Source: Jatrophihabitantaceae bacterium
GTDB lineage: Bacteria; Actinomycetota; Actinomycetes; Mycobacteriales; Jatrophihabitantaceae
Direction: 5' to 3'
DNA length: 51,016 bases
NCBI GenBank assembly: GCA_035656335.1
Contig: DASRSS010000114.1
Location: forward strand, 1-51,016
Shown here: positions 10,613 through 21,064 of the stretch, in pieces
Layout of the letters: every line of letters begins with the position of its first letter
How positions within the stretch are numbered: the first letter of the stretch is position 1
The notes under the pieces: generated by a model
What the model saw: the letters and a program-made list of their open reading frames with translations, nothing else
Databases searched by the model: none
What the model was told of the DNA's origin: nothing
Program-made: the position numbers and the translations under genes

Positions 10613-11284
10613 TCAGCGGGCGGCGCCGACGGGACGGCGGCGGACGATCGCGACCGCGCCCAGCCCGGTGATCAGCAGGCCGGCCACGATCGTCAGCCAC
10701 AGCCCGGCACCCACGGACGCGATGCCGGGCGGGACGTCCGCGTTGGACGCGATGGCGTTGACGTTCACGGTGTCGACCAGGCCGATGAGCCCGATCAGCA
10801 GGCCGAAGACGGTCACGGTGATCGACGCCCAGAGCCGGCCGCGGGCCAGCCCGATCGCGATGCCGCACGCACCGGCGATCACGGCGCAGCCGATCACGAG
10901 GGCGCCGTCGCCGCCGGAGCTGTAGACGCTCACGCCGAACACGGTCGCCCACGGCAGGACGCCGCCCAGCACGGCGAGCAGGGCCGCGCCGACGGTGAGC
11001 CAGCCGAGCACCGGATCGCTGACGCGGCGGCCGTCCGGCGCGGGATAGCCGAAACCCGGGTACGGGTAGCCGGGCTGCGGGTAGCCGGGCTGCGGGTAAC
11101 CGGGCTGCGGATAGCCGGGCTGCGGATAACCGGGCGCGGGCGGATAACCCTGGTAGCCCTGCGGATACGGCTGGCCCGGGTACTGCTGCGGGTACGGCGG
11201 CGGCTGCGGGACGTACTGCGGATCGCCCTGGGGCTGTTCCCAGTACGGCTGCGCGCCGTACGGCGGCTCGGGCGGCCGGCCCAT
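10613..11284 (-). CDS. Membrane protein with a Pro/Tyr/Gln-rich repetitive N-terminus
   Basis: Start is ATG at 11284 within ORF 10613..11602. The N-terminal roughly 85 aa are PQGY-rich, including tandem GYPQP x4-5, followed by about 4 predicted TM helices. Its ATG overlaps the murB stop (TGATG). Confidence 0.65.
   Translation of the reverse strand: MGRPPEPPYGAQPYWEQPQGDPQYVPQPPPYPQQYPGQPYPQGYQGYPPAPGYPQPGYPQPGYPQPGYPQPGYPYPGFGYPAPDGRRVSDPVLGWLTVGAALLAVLGGVLPWATVFGVSVYSSGGDGALVIGCAVIAGACGIAIGLARGRLWASITVTVFGLLIGLIGLVDTVNVNAIASNADVPPGIASVGAGLWLTIVAGLLITGLGAVAIVRRRPVGAAR
11055..11147. repeat. 15-bp tandem repeat (about 5-6 units, ccgggctgcgg[g/a]ta[g/a]) inside a CDS
   Basis: Read directly at 11055-11147. 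It encodes the GYPQP pentapeptide repeats of the 10613..11284 protein. Confidence 0.85.
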
Positions 11285-12381
11285 CAGAACTCCACTCCCG
11301 CCAGGTGCGCCTCGGGGCGCAGCCGGATCCCGAACCGGTCCTGGACACCGGCCCGGATCTCGGCGGCGAGGTCGAGCAGCTCGGCGGTCGTCGCGCCGCC
11401 GCGGTTGGTCAGCGCGAGCGTGTGCTTTCCCGACACGGCCACCCGGGAACGTCCGCCGCTGTACCCCTTGGCGAACCCGGCGTTCTCGATCAGCCACGCG
11501 GCCGACAGCTTGATCTGCCCGTCCACCGTCCAGTTCGGGCAGCCGTCCGGGACGAGTTCGGGCGCGACGAACGGGTTCACGAAGAACGACCCGACGCTCC
11601 ACGTGTCGTGGTCGGCCGCGTCGAGCAGCATCCCCTTGCTGCGCCGCAGGTCCAGTACGACCTCGCGCACCTCGCGCAGCGGCGCGCGCTCGCCGGGCTC
11701 GACGCCCAGCCGGCGCGCCAGCTCGAGGTAACGGACCGGACGGCTCAGCTCAGCGCGTTCGAGCTCCATGGTCACGTCCAGCACGACGTACCGGTCGGTG
11801 TGCTTGAACGCGCTGGTGCGGAACCCGAACCCGCACCGCTCGGGGTCCCAGTGCTCGACGGTTCCGCCGGACCGGTCGAGCACGGTCAGCCCGGTGATCA
11901 CGTCGGACACCTCGCTGCCGTAGGCGCCGACGTTCTGGATCGGTGTCGCGCCGACGAAGCCGGGGATGCCGGACATCGCCTCCAGCCCGGTGAGCCCCTC
12001 GGCCACCGTCGCCGCGACGAGCTCGTCCCACGGCTCGCCGGCCTGCGCGGTGATCGCGACCCGGTCGCCGTCCACGGTGCGCTCGCTGCCGCGCATGCGC
12101 ACCTGCACGACGACGCCGGGCCAGCCGTCGTCGCCGACCACCAGGTTGCTGCCACCGCCGAGGATCAGCACCGGCTCGCCGGCGGCGTCGGCGGCGCGGA
12201 CGGCGTCGACCAGCTCGTCGCGGGACGTCGCCGTCACGCTGCGTGCGGCGGGTCCGCCGAGCCGCAGCGTGGTCAGGTCGGCGAGCAGGGTGGGCACGAT
12301 CCGCGACGCTACCCTGAGGGCTCGTGACGTCCGCACCGCGCAAGCGCAGCCCGCGCCTCGCGGCGGGACGCGCGCGGGCAC
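11284..12381 (-). CDS. murB: UDP-N-acetylenolpyruvoylglucosamine reductase
   Basis: Contains LTTLRLGGPA, ILGGGSNLVV (FAD-binding), GIPGFVGATPIQNVGAYG and GSFFVNP. The likely true start is the GTG at 12297 (VPTLLADLTTL). Confidence 0.9.
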   Translation of the reverse strand: MPARVPPRGAGCACAVRTSRALRVASRIVPTLLADLTTLRLGGPAARSVTATSRDELVDAVRAADAAGEPVLILGGGSNLVVGDDGWPGVVVQVRMRGSERTVDGDRVAITAQAGEPWDELVAATVAEGLTGLEAMSGIPGFVGATPIQNVGAYGSEVSDVITGLTVLDRSGGTVEHWDPERCGFGFRTSAFKHTDRYVVLDVTMELERAELSRPVRYLELARRLGVEPGERAPLREVREVVLDLRRSKGMLLDAADHDTWSVGSFFVNPFVAPELVPDGCPNWTVDGQIKLSAAWLIENAGFAKGYSGGRSRVAVSGKHTLALTNRGGATTAELLDLAAEIRAGVQDRFGIRLRPEAHLAGVEF

Positions 12382-13142
12382 TCGGCCTGCCGACGCGCGG
12401 CACGACCAACCCGAACCGGTTGCGACGCATGGACAACTGGATCACGGCCGTCCTCGGCCCGGCGCTGCGCAGCGCTGCAGATCCCCTTGCCGTGGACCTG
12501 GGCTACGGCGCGACACCGATCACCGCGATCGAGCTGGCCGCGCGACTGCGCCGAGTGCGTCCGGACGTGCGGGTGCTGGGCCTGGAGCTCGACCCGGCCC
12601 GCGTCGATGCGGCGCGGTTCGCGGCCGATCCGCCGCGGCTGGAGTTCGCGCGCGGCGGTTTCGAGCTGGCCGGCTTCCGTCCCGCCCTCGTGCGCGCCGC
12701 GAACGTGCTGCGGCAGTACGACGAGCCGGCCGCGCTGCGCGCCTGGGACACGTTGCGTGGCGGGCTCGCGCCGGATGGGTTGATCGTCGAGGGGACGTGC
12801 GACGAGATCGGCCGGCTCGCCGGGTGGGTGCTGCTGGACGCGTCCGGCCCGGTGTCGCTGACACTCGCCTGCCGCGTCGAATCCCTTGCCCGGCCTGGCG
12901 ATCTGGCCGAGCGGTTGCCCAAGGCGCTGATCCATCGCAACGTGCCGGGCGAACCGATCCACGCGCTGCTGCGCGACCTCGACCGGGCGTGGGACAGCGC
13001 GGCGCCGCTCGCGGCGTTCGGGCCGCGGCAGCGGTGGATCGCGGCGTGCGCGTCCGTCGTCGGGCAGTGGCCGGTGCTCACCCCGGAGCGGGCGCGCTTC
13101 GGTGAGCTGACCGTCCCCTGGCCTGCCGTCGCGCCGGGTTGA
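12324..13142 (+). CDS. Class I SAM-dependent methyltransferase-like protein
   Basis: 272-aa ORF divergent from murB. It has a degenerate motif I (AVDLGYGATPIT) and a Rossmann-like pattern (VRVLGLELD..ANVLRQY). The assignment is tentative. Confidence 0.5.
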   Translation: MTSAPRKRSPRLAAGRARALGLPTRGTTNPNRLRRMDNWITAVLGPALRSAADPLAVDLGYGATPITAIELAARLRRVRPDVRVLGLELDPARVDAARFAADPPRLEFARGGFELAGFRPALVRAANVLRQYDEPAALRAWDTLRGGLAPDGLIVEGTCDEIGRLAGWVLLDASGPVSLTLACRVESLARPGDLAERLPKALIHRNVPGEPIHALLRDLDRAWDSAAPLAAFGPRQRWIAACASVVGQWPVLTPERARFGELTVPWPAVAPG

Positions 13143-15626
<2,484 letters not shown>

Positions 15627-15633
15627 TTGCGTC

Positions 15634-16071
15634 TCACGCGACGAACTGATGGGCCGAGTGGACGCGGACGTCCGGGCTGAAGGTCAGCACGTCGAGGCCG
15701 GAGCCGGCGATCGACCCGTCGGCCCGCGAGCGCATCACCCAGGTCAGCGCGACGGCGGCTCCCGCGTGCCGGACCAGTTCACCGTGCTGCTCGAACACGT
15801 ACTGACCGGCAGCAATGAACATCTCGTAGGCGCGCGTGACCCGGGCGAACATCGCGTCGTGGCCGCGAATCTCGACCGCGGGGAACGGCACGCCGTAGGT
15901 CGCGGCGGTGTCCCGGATCTCCTGTGGCGGGTTGACCATCAGCTGGTACCCGTCCTCGTCCCAGACCTCGCGGATCAATCGCCGCCGCTGCTGCGCGTCC
16001 GGCTCGTTCCATTGCGCGATCCAGCTGTCGATCAGCTGCTTCAGTTCGATGTCGGTGGGTTGATAGCTCAT
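15634..16071 (-). CDS. NTF2-like (SnoaL-type) domain protein
   Basis: 145-aa ORF whose N-terminal pattern IDSWIAQWNEPDAQQRRRLIREVW is typical of SnoaL/NTF2-like proteins. It is divergent from an MmyB-type regulator. Confidence 0.6.
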   Translation of the reverse strand: MSYQPTDIELKQLIDSWIAQWNEPDAQQRRRLIREVWDEDGYQLMVNPPQEIRDTAATYGVPFPAVEIRGHDAMFARVTRAYEMFIAAGQYVFEQHGELVRHAGAAVALTWVMRSRADGSIAGSGLDVLTFSPDVRVHSAHQFVA

Positions 16072-16157
16072 GGCGCCGAGGATGCGCCGCGTCGCGCGGC
16101 CGCGCGATTCCCTGCAGGGAATGGCGCGGTGGCAGCGCAGTCGCGATCATTGGGGCC

Positions 16158-17018
16158 ATGACCACGGTGGCGGCGCCCGGGACGTTCGCGAGGGAGCTGC
16201 GCCGCTGGCGGGACCTGCGCCGCTGGAGCCAGCTGGACCTCGCGATCCGCGCCGACACGACGCAGCGGCATCTGAGCTTTCTCGAGCAGGGCCGCTCGCA
16301 GCCCGGCCGGGCGATGGTCGTGCGCCTAGCCGAGTCGCTGGAGCTGTCGCTGCGCGAACGCAACGGCCTGCTCATGGCGGCCGGATACGCGCCGGCGTAC
16401 GAGGAGCTTGGACTGGATGATCCCCAGCTGGAACCGGTGCGTACGGCGCTGCGGACCGTCCTCGACGGACACCTGCCGTATCCGGCCATGATCGCCGACC
16501 GGCACGGCCACCTGCTGGACGCGAACGCCGCGTTCGACCTGTTCACCGGGGGCTGCGCGCCGGAGCTGCTCCGTCCGCCGGTGAACGTGCGACGGCTCGC
16601 CCTGCACCCCGACGGCGTGGCCCGAAGGGTGGTCAACCTGCCCGAGTGGGGCCGCCACGTCACCGAGGCCATGCGCAACCAGACCCGGATCAGTCCCGAT
16701 CCGGAGCTGGAGCTGCTCATCGCCGAGCTCGAGGCTTACCTGCCGGCCGCCGAGCCCGGTCCCGGGTACGTCGGCTTCGCCGTCCCGCTCCGGCTGCGCA
16801 CCGAGGACGGCGAGCTGAACCTGATCACCACGCTGAGCTCGTTCGCCACCGCTACCGACGTTTCCCTGGACGAGCTGCACCTGGAGGCGTTCCTCCCCGC
16901 GGATCGGGCCACCGCCGAGATCCTCGCTGCTCGCGCCGAGCGCACCGGCTGCGGCCCGCGTCCGTCCCGCGCCGATGCCGACGCGCGGCGCGCGCACGCC
17001 GGGGTCGCCCGGAACTGA
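16158..17018 (+). CDS. XRE-family HTH regulator with an MmyB-like ligand-binding domain
   Basis: The HTH is LRRWRDLRRWSQLDLAIRADTTQRHLSFLEQGRSQP. It is followed by the MmyB-like block PYPAMIADRHGHLLDANAAF. Confidence 0.75.
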   Translation: MTTVAAPGTFARELRRWRDLRRWSQLDLAIRADTTQRHLSFLEQGRSQPGRAMVVRLAESLELSLRERNGLLMAAGYAPAYEELGLDDPQLEPVRTALRTVLDGHLPYPAMIADRHGHLLDANAAFDLFTGGCAPELLRPPVNVRRLALHPDGVARRVVNLPEWGRHVTEAMRNQTRISPDPELELLIAELEAYLPAAEPGPGYVGFAVPLRLRTEDGELNLITTLSSFATATDVSLDELHLEAFLPADRATAEILAARAERTGCGPRPSRADADARRAHAGVARN

Positions 17019-17103
17019 TCCCGCGCTGTCCGGCCCCGCCCACTACGCTGGTGGCGGCAGCGGGTCGCCCGCTCGGTTCGTCCGAACGCGCCTCCCATCC
17101 GCC

Positions 17104-17176
17104 GGGCCTCTAGCTCAATTGGCAGAGCTGCGGACTTTTAATCCGTAGGTTGTGGGTTCGAGCCCCACGGGGCCCA
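17104..17176 (+). tRNA. tRNA-Lys (anticodon UUU)
   Basis: Manual cloverleaf: acceptor GGGCCTC/GGGGCCC (one G-U pair), D-arm GCTC..GAGC, anticodon loop CTTTTAA, T-arm GTGGG-TTCGAGC-CCCAC, discriminator A. No CCA is encoded. Confidence 0.9.
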
Positions 17177-17193
17177 CCCTCCACGTGTATTGC

Positions 17194-17234
17194 TTCGGCA
17201 GATCGTTGACAGCTATTTCGGCTGATCCTTGACA
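17194..17234 (+). repeat. Two 18-nt direct repeats (TTCGGCnGATCnTTGACA), 23-nt period
   Basis: ttcggcagatcgttgaca lies at 17194-17211 and ttcggctgatccttgaca at 17217-17234. They sit 18 nt after the tRNA-Lys 3' end, and each ends in a consensus -35-like TTGACA. Confidence 0.7.
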
Positions 17235-17267
17235 CGCCCTCGAATGAGGGAGCTCTCGGTGGTCGAG

Positions 17268-18482
17268 CTACGAGGTAGCAATGCCGATCGGAGCTCCGCC
17301 GATCTGCCCTCGGCAGGTGATCAACCCTCCGGCGCCGGGCGGTCCCGCGTGTGCCGTCGCGCGATTGTTGGCCACGGTGAGCGTGGCCGCGCCGAGAACG
17401 ACGTGCCAGGTCGTGGGAACAACCCAATGAGGGATGCACGGGGTGCCGTCCGCGTCGTCGCGGTACTCCGCCGACAACGACAGCGAGGCGGCGAGCTGGT
17501 CCGCGGGCAGAGCCTGGCCGGGCACGGCGGCGGTCGCGAGGGGCGAGAGTTCAAGATCGCCAGCGGTCGCGAGCCTCAGGGTGTTCGTTACCCGGTGGCC
17601 GCCAGTGAGGCCGGTAACTGCCGCCGGCGCGTCCAGTTCGCACCAGGACGTGGAGGTGTTGCGCAGCAGGATCGTGCCGAAGTCGTTCCCAGTACCGGCG
17701 CCGCCGGGCAGGTACTGAATTGCCAGATGCCCGGCTCGGCAGGGTGGCGAGTGGTGCACGGCTGCGATGATCTCGATCTGGTGATCCAGAGTCGGATCTT
17801 GCAAGAGCACGGTCCCCGCTGGGGCACTGTCGACAAGTTCCCCGCCGAGCTTGAGCTGATCACCGGCTCGTCGTGCCGTGTCCGCGGCGTGCGTCAGGGT
17901 CTGACCTAGAAGGTTCGGGGCGAGCGCAGTGCCGACGCGACCGGTTGCCTCCTCCAGGTAGCTGGCGAGCAGCGCTGGGAGCAGGTAAGCACGGTCGTGG
18001 ATGTAGGCGACGCTGCCCGCCGAACAGGCAATCGAGATGATCACATCGACGGCGTCGGACGGATAGCCGAAACGAGTCAGCAGCACGGGGCTGTGTGGAG
18101 CGCAACGGTTCGCTGTCGCTTCATCGGCCGGAACGGCCTGATCGATCAGGCGAGCGAGCACGACCGCAGCCGACGCGGGCAGACGTGTCCCGGGACCGAT
18201 CGCAGCGCGCTTGCTCGCTGGCTCATTCGTCAGACAAGCCAGAGCTCCGATGGGGTCGGCCGCGAGCGGTGCGCTCTTGTCGCCTGCTTGCGGCTCCACG
18301 GGCGGCGTCGCAACGCGGCACTGAAGCAGTGCCGGGCTTGCGGCACCCGTAGGTGCCGAGCCAGACGCCTCACGAGAGACATGAGACGGCGGGGCCGCTG
18401 GGCGCAGTCCCGATGCGCAGCCGCTCAATAGCGTGCCTGCCACGACGGCAAGCGCGAGGAACGAGAGGCGGCCCATTCCCAC
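17268..18482 (-). CDS. Lipoprotein with PASTA-like and DUF4232-like domains
   Basis: The lipobox is LLSGC after a hydrophobic signal (MGRLSFLALAVVAGTLLSGC); ATG 18476 is the likelier start, with AAGGTG upstream. The central APNLLGQTLTHAADTARRAGDQLKLGGELVDSAPAGTVLLQDP resembles a PASTA domain. The C-terminal CRAGHL..GGAGTGNDFGTILLRNTSTSWCEL resembles DUF4232. GC and third-position GC are visibly lower than in neighbouring genes. Confidence 0.65.
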   Translation of the reverse strand: MGMGRLSFLALAVVAGTLLSGCASGLRPAAPPSHVSREASGSAPTGAASPALLQCRVATPPVEPQAGDKSAPLAADPIGALACLTNEPASKRAAIGPGTRLPASAAVVLARLIDQAVPADEATANRCAPHSPVLLTRFGYPSDAVDVIISIACSAGSVAYIHDRAYLLPALLASYLEEATGRVGTALAPNLLGQTLTHAADTARRAGDQLKLGGELVDSAPAGTVLLQDPTLDHQIEIIAAVHHSPPCRAGHLAIQYLPGGAGTGNDFGTILLRNTSTSWCELDAPAAVTGLTGGHRVTNTLRLATAGDLELSPLATAAVPGQALPADQLAASLSLSAEYRDDADGTPCIPHWVVPTTWHVVLGAATLTVANNRATAHAGPPGAGGLITCRGQIGGAPIGIATS

Positions 18483-18538
18483 ACCTTGATGACAGCGCAG
18501 CCGGCTCAGCTGTTGCAGGACGCGGTCGAATCAACAAC

Positions 18539-19186
18539 TCAGATGCCGATGAAGCCGCTCTCGTAGGCGAGGATCACGGCCTGGACCCGGTCGCGCGCGC
18601 CGAGCTTGCCCAGCAGATTGCGCAGATGCGTCCGGACGGTCTCGACGCCGAGGAACAGTTCGCCGGCGATCTCCGAGTTGGACAACCCCTGGCTGACCAG
18701 GCGCAACACCTGCTGCTCGCGCTCGGTGAGCTTGGCCCCCGCCAGCCGGTCGCCGCCGCGCGAACTGCGCGCCGCGATCAGCTCGCGGATCGCGGCGGGG
18801 AACAGCAACGACTCGCCGCTGTGCACCGTGCGAATGGCGTGGACGAACTCGTCCGCTGTGCTGCGCTTGAGCAGAAACCCGCGGGCGCCGGCGCGCAACG
18901 CGTCATAGACGTAGTCGTCGTTCTCGAACGTCGTCACGACGATCACCGACGGCCCACCGCCGTCGAACCCGCCCAGCAACCGCGTGGCGGCGATGCCGTC
19001 GACGTGTGGCATCCGCACGTCCATCAACACGATGTCCGGACGGGTGCGGCGGGCCTCGGACACCGCACTCGCTCCGTCGTCCGCCTCGCCGACGACCTCG
19101 AGATCGGGCTCGGCCTGCAGGATCGCGCGCAGACCGCTGCGCACGAGAGGCTCGTCGTCGACGACGAGCACTCGAATCGCCGTCAC
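18539..19186 (-). CDS. NarL/LuxR-family response regulator
   Basis: GTG start at 19186, forming a GTGA overlap with the kinase stop. The receiver is IRVLVVDDEPLVRSG..DIVLMDVRMP and the LuxR HTH is LTEREQQVLRLVSQGLSNSEIAGELFLGVETVRTHLRNLLGKLG. Confidence 0.85.
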   Translation of the reverse strand: MTAIRVLVVDDEPLVRSGLRAILQAEPDLEVVGEADDGASAVSEARRTRPDIVLMDVRMPHVDGIAATRLLGGFDGGGPSVIVVTTFENDDYVYDALRAGARGFLLKRSTADEFVHAIRTVHSGESLLFPAAIRELIAARSSRGGDRLAGAKLTEREQQVLRLVSQGLSNSEIAGELFLGVETVRTHLRNLLGKLGARDRVQAVILAYESGFIGI

Positions 19187-20304
19187 CGTTGCTCCTGCCC
19201 GATCGGAAGGGTCACTGCCAGCGTCCACCGGCCGTCGTGCGAGCCGGAACGCGCGGTGCCGCCGAGGGTTTCCGCGCGCTCGGCGATGCCGCGCAAGCCA
19301 CGGCCGGGCCGGCGCGCACGGTGATCCGCGCTCGCGTTCGCCACCTCGATGCGGAGAACCTTCTCGTCGGCGGCGAGCGCGACGCGAGCCGCGGTGTCGG
19401 TGGAGTACTTCAGCGCGTTCGTCAGTCCCTCCTGGACGATCCGGTATGCCTCCTGACTGACCAGCACCGGCACCGCGGCCAACGGTCCGGACCGCGACAG
19501 CTGGACGGTCAGGCCGGACGCACCGGCCGCCTCGACCAGCCGGTCGACGCTGTCCAGGTTCGGCGCCGGTGTCGTGGTCGAGCGGCGCGGCTCGTCGCGC
19601 AGCAACCCGAGCACGTGATCCAGGTCGGCGGCCGCCCGCCGCGAGGTCGTCTCGATCGCCTCCAACGCCTGCTCCGCGAAGTCCCGGTCGCTGCCGATCA
19701 CCTTCCGAGCGGCGGAGGCCTGCACCGTCACCAGCGACAGCGCATGCCCGATGCTGTCATGCAGTTCGCGCGCGATCCGGTTGCGTTCCGTCGCCCGGGC
19801 CGCGACCACGGCCAGCCGCTCCGCGTAGGACGGCCCGAGCAGCACCGGCGCCAGCGCAGCGAGACCGCGCCCGAGCACGTCCACGAGGATCAGCGTTGCG
19901 AGGCCGGCGGCGAGCGTCCACCACCGAGCGCCGAGCACGCCGTCGCCGACGATCGCGGCAACCACCACCAGGCCCGCGCCGACGTGCGCGAGCACCAGGC
20001 CAAATGTCCGGCGCCGCTGCGGCCAGCCGACCGCCGGGCCGGGCAGTCCGTCCCCGAACCGCGCGCCGAGAAACACGGCGGCCGCGGCTCCCTCGACCTG
20101 CCGCACCGCGGGCAGCAAGCCCACGCTGATCGGCCCGAGGACGATCACCAGCCCGATGAGCACGACGATCCACACCGGCACACCCGCGCCGACGGCCCGC
20201 GCGAGCACGGTGAAGTCGGTGACCCCCAACGCCAGCGCGATCGCGGCACCGATCACGACGAACAGCGCCCGCCGGCCGAATTGCAGCGTCCGCGTGAGTG
20301 TCAC
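19183..20304 (-). CDS. Intramembrane-sensing histidine kinase (HisKA_3 type)
   Basis: GTG start at 20304 (GTGA overlap with the upstream gene). It has about 4-5 N-terminal TM helices with no sizable extracytoplasmic loop. The H-box is ERNRIARELHDSIGHALS and the ATPase blocks are QEGLTNALKYS and GRGLRGIAERAE. The longer ORF-track version (to 20961) is an Arg/Gly-rich artefact. Confidence 0.8.
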   Translation of the reverse strand: MTLTRTLQFGRRALFVVIGAAIALALGVTDFTVLARAVGAGVPVWIVVLIGLVIVLGPISVGLLPAVRQVEGAAAAVFLGARFGDGLPGPAVGWPQRRRTFGLVLAHVGAGLVVVAAIVGDGVLGARWWTLAAGLATLILVDVLGRGLAALAPVLLGPSYAERLAVVAARATERNRIARELHDSIGHALSLVTVQASAARKVIGSDRDFAEQALEAIETTSRRAAADLDHVLGLLRDEPRRSTTTPAPNLDSVDRLVEAAGASGLTVQLSRSGPLAAVPVLVSQEAYRIVQEGLTNALKYSTDTAARVALAADEKVLRIEVANASADHRARRPGRGLRGIAERAETLGGTARSGSHDGRWTLAVTLPIGQEQR

Positions 20305-20951
20305 GCCGCCATGGTGCTGGGTGAGGTGACCAATGCGCCAGGACGGACCCCGTCGAGCGGCGAACGGCGGCGCCGCCCATACGCGACCGTCAGCGCCGCG
20401 AGCAGCGGTCCCCACAGCAGCAACGGCGAGTAGGCGACGACGGCCAGCCAGCCCTGCCAGTCGTAGAACTCCAGGACCTTCACCCCCGTGGCCCGGCTGC
20501 CGTCGATGCGCCGACCGAGACCGCAGCTCACCGCGGTCCAGGTCCACAACAGCGTCAGCACCGTCGCCCCCAGTGCGGCCGGGACGACGGCAACCAACGG
20601 CGGCACCCTCCGCCCGGACAGGAACGGAACCCACCGCGGAAAGATCTCGCCCCAGCGTGCGACCAGGCCGACTGCGGTGAACGCAAGGAGCTCCGACACG
20701 AGCGACAGCAGCACCACGTACAGAGCGAGCGGCACTCCGGGAAGCCCGGACGACGTGTCGGCCACGTCCACCGACCTCGGGCCCATCGGGATGTGCAATG
20801 TGCAGACCCCGATCCGCCACGCGCTCGACGGGAGCACCGTCAACGGCACCACCATCGCTGCAGCGCGTGCCCAGCGCGGCACGCCGGGCACCGGGGTGTG
20901 CGCCGCGGCCCACGCGGCGCGCAGCCGCGCCAGGGAGAACAAGGTGGTCAC
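20301..20951 (-). CDS. Polytopic membrane protein, first gene of the kinase/regulator operon
   Basis: 216-aa ORF with a GTG start and about 5-6 hydrophobic segments rich in Trp. It is coupled to the kinase by a GTGA overlap. No family is assigned. Confidence 0.6.
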   Translation of the reverse strand: MTTLFSLARLRAAWAAAHTPVPGVPRWARAAAMVVPLTVLPSSAWRIGVCTLHIPMGPRSVDVADTSSGLPGVPLALYVVLLSLVSELLAFTAVGLVARWGEIFPRWVPFLSGRRVPPLVAVVPAALGATVLTLLWTWTAVSCGLGRRIDGSRATGVKVLEFYDWQGWLAVVAYSPLLLWGPLLAALTVAYGRRRRSPLDGVRPGALVTSPSTMAA

Positions 20952-21015
20952 GGGACAGCACTCCTCTCGGCAGGTGAATCAGTCACCACCATGCCGACCG
21001 GAAACCACGAAGTAC

Positions 21016-21053
21016 TCACCCGCGAGGGTGAAGTCCGACCCTTGCGCGGGTGA
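21016..21053 (-). terminator. Imperfect hairpin downstream of gene 21065..22726
   Basis: The arms tcacccgcgagggt and acccttgcgcgggtga form a stem of about 13 bp with a bulge. It lies in the 113-nt gap between the LicD-MT pair and the membrane/kinase/regulator operon. Confidence 0.45.
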
Positions 21054-21064
21054 AACCGCGGCGC

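Noticed and set aside
11055-11147. Possible CRISPR or VNTR-type array.
   Set aside because: The 15-bp units are contiguous with no spacers and lie in frame inside a CDS encoding GYPQP repeats. No CRISPR-like repeat-spacer structure exists anywhere in the window.
19183-20961. 592-aa version of the histidine kinase ORF.
   Set aside because: The N-terminal roughly 220 aa are Arg/Gly-rich junk overlapping a convincing membrane-protein frame (20301..20951). A GTG at 20304 in a GTGA overlap gives a normal TM-anchored kinase.
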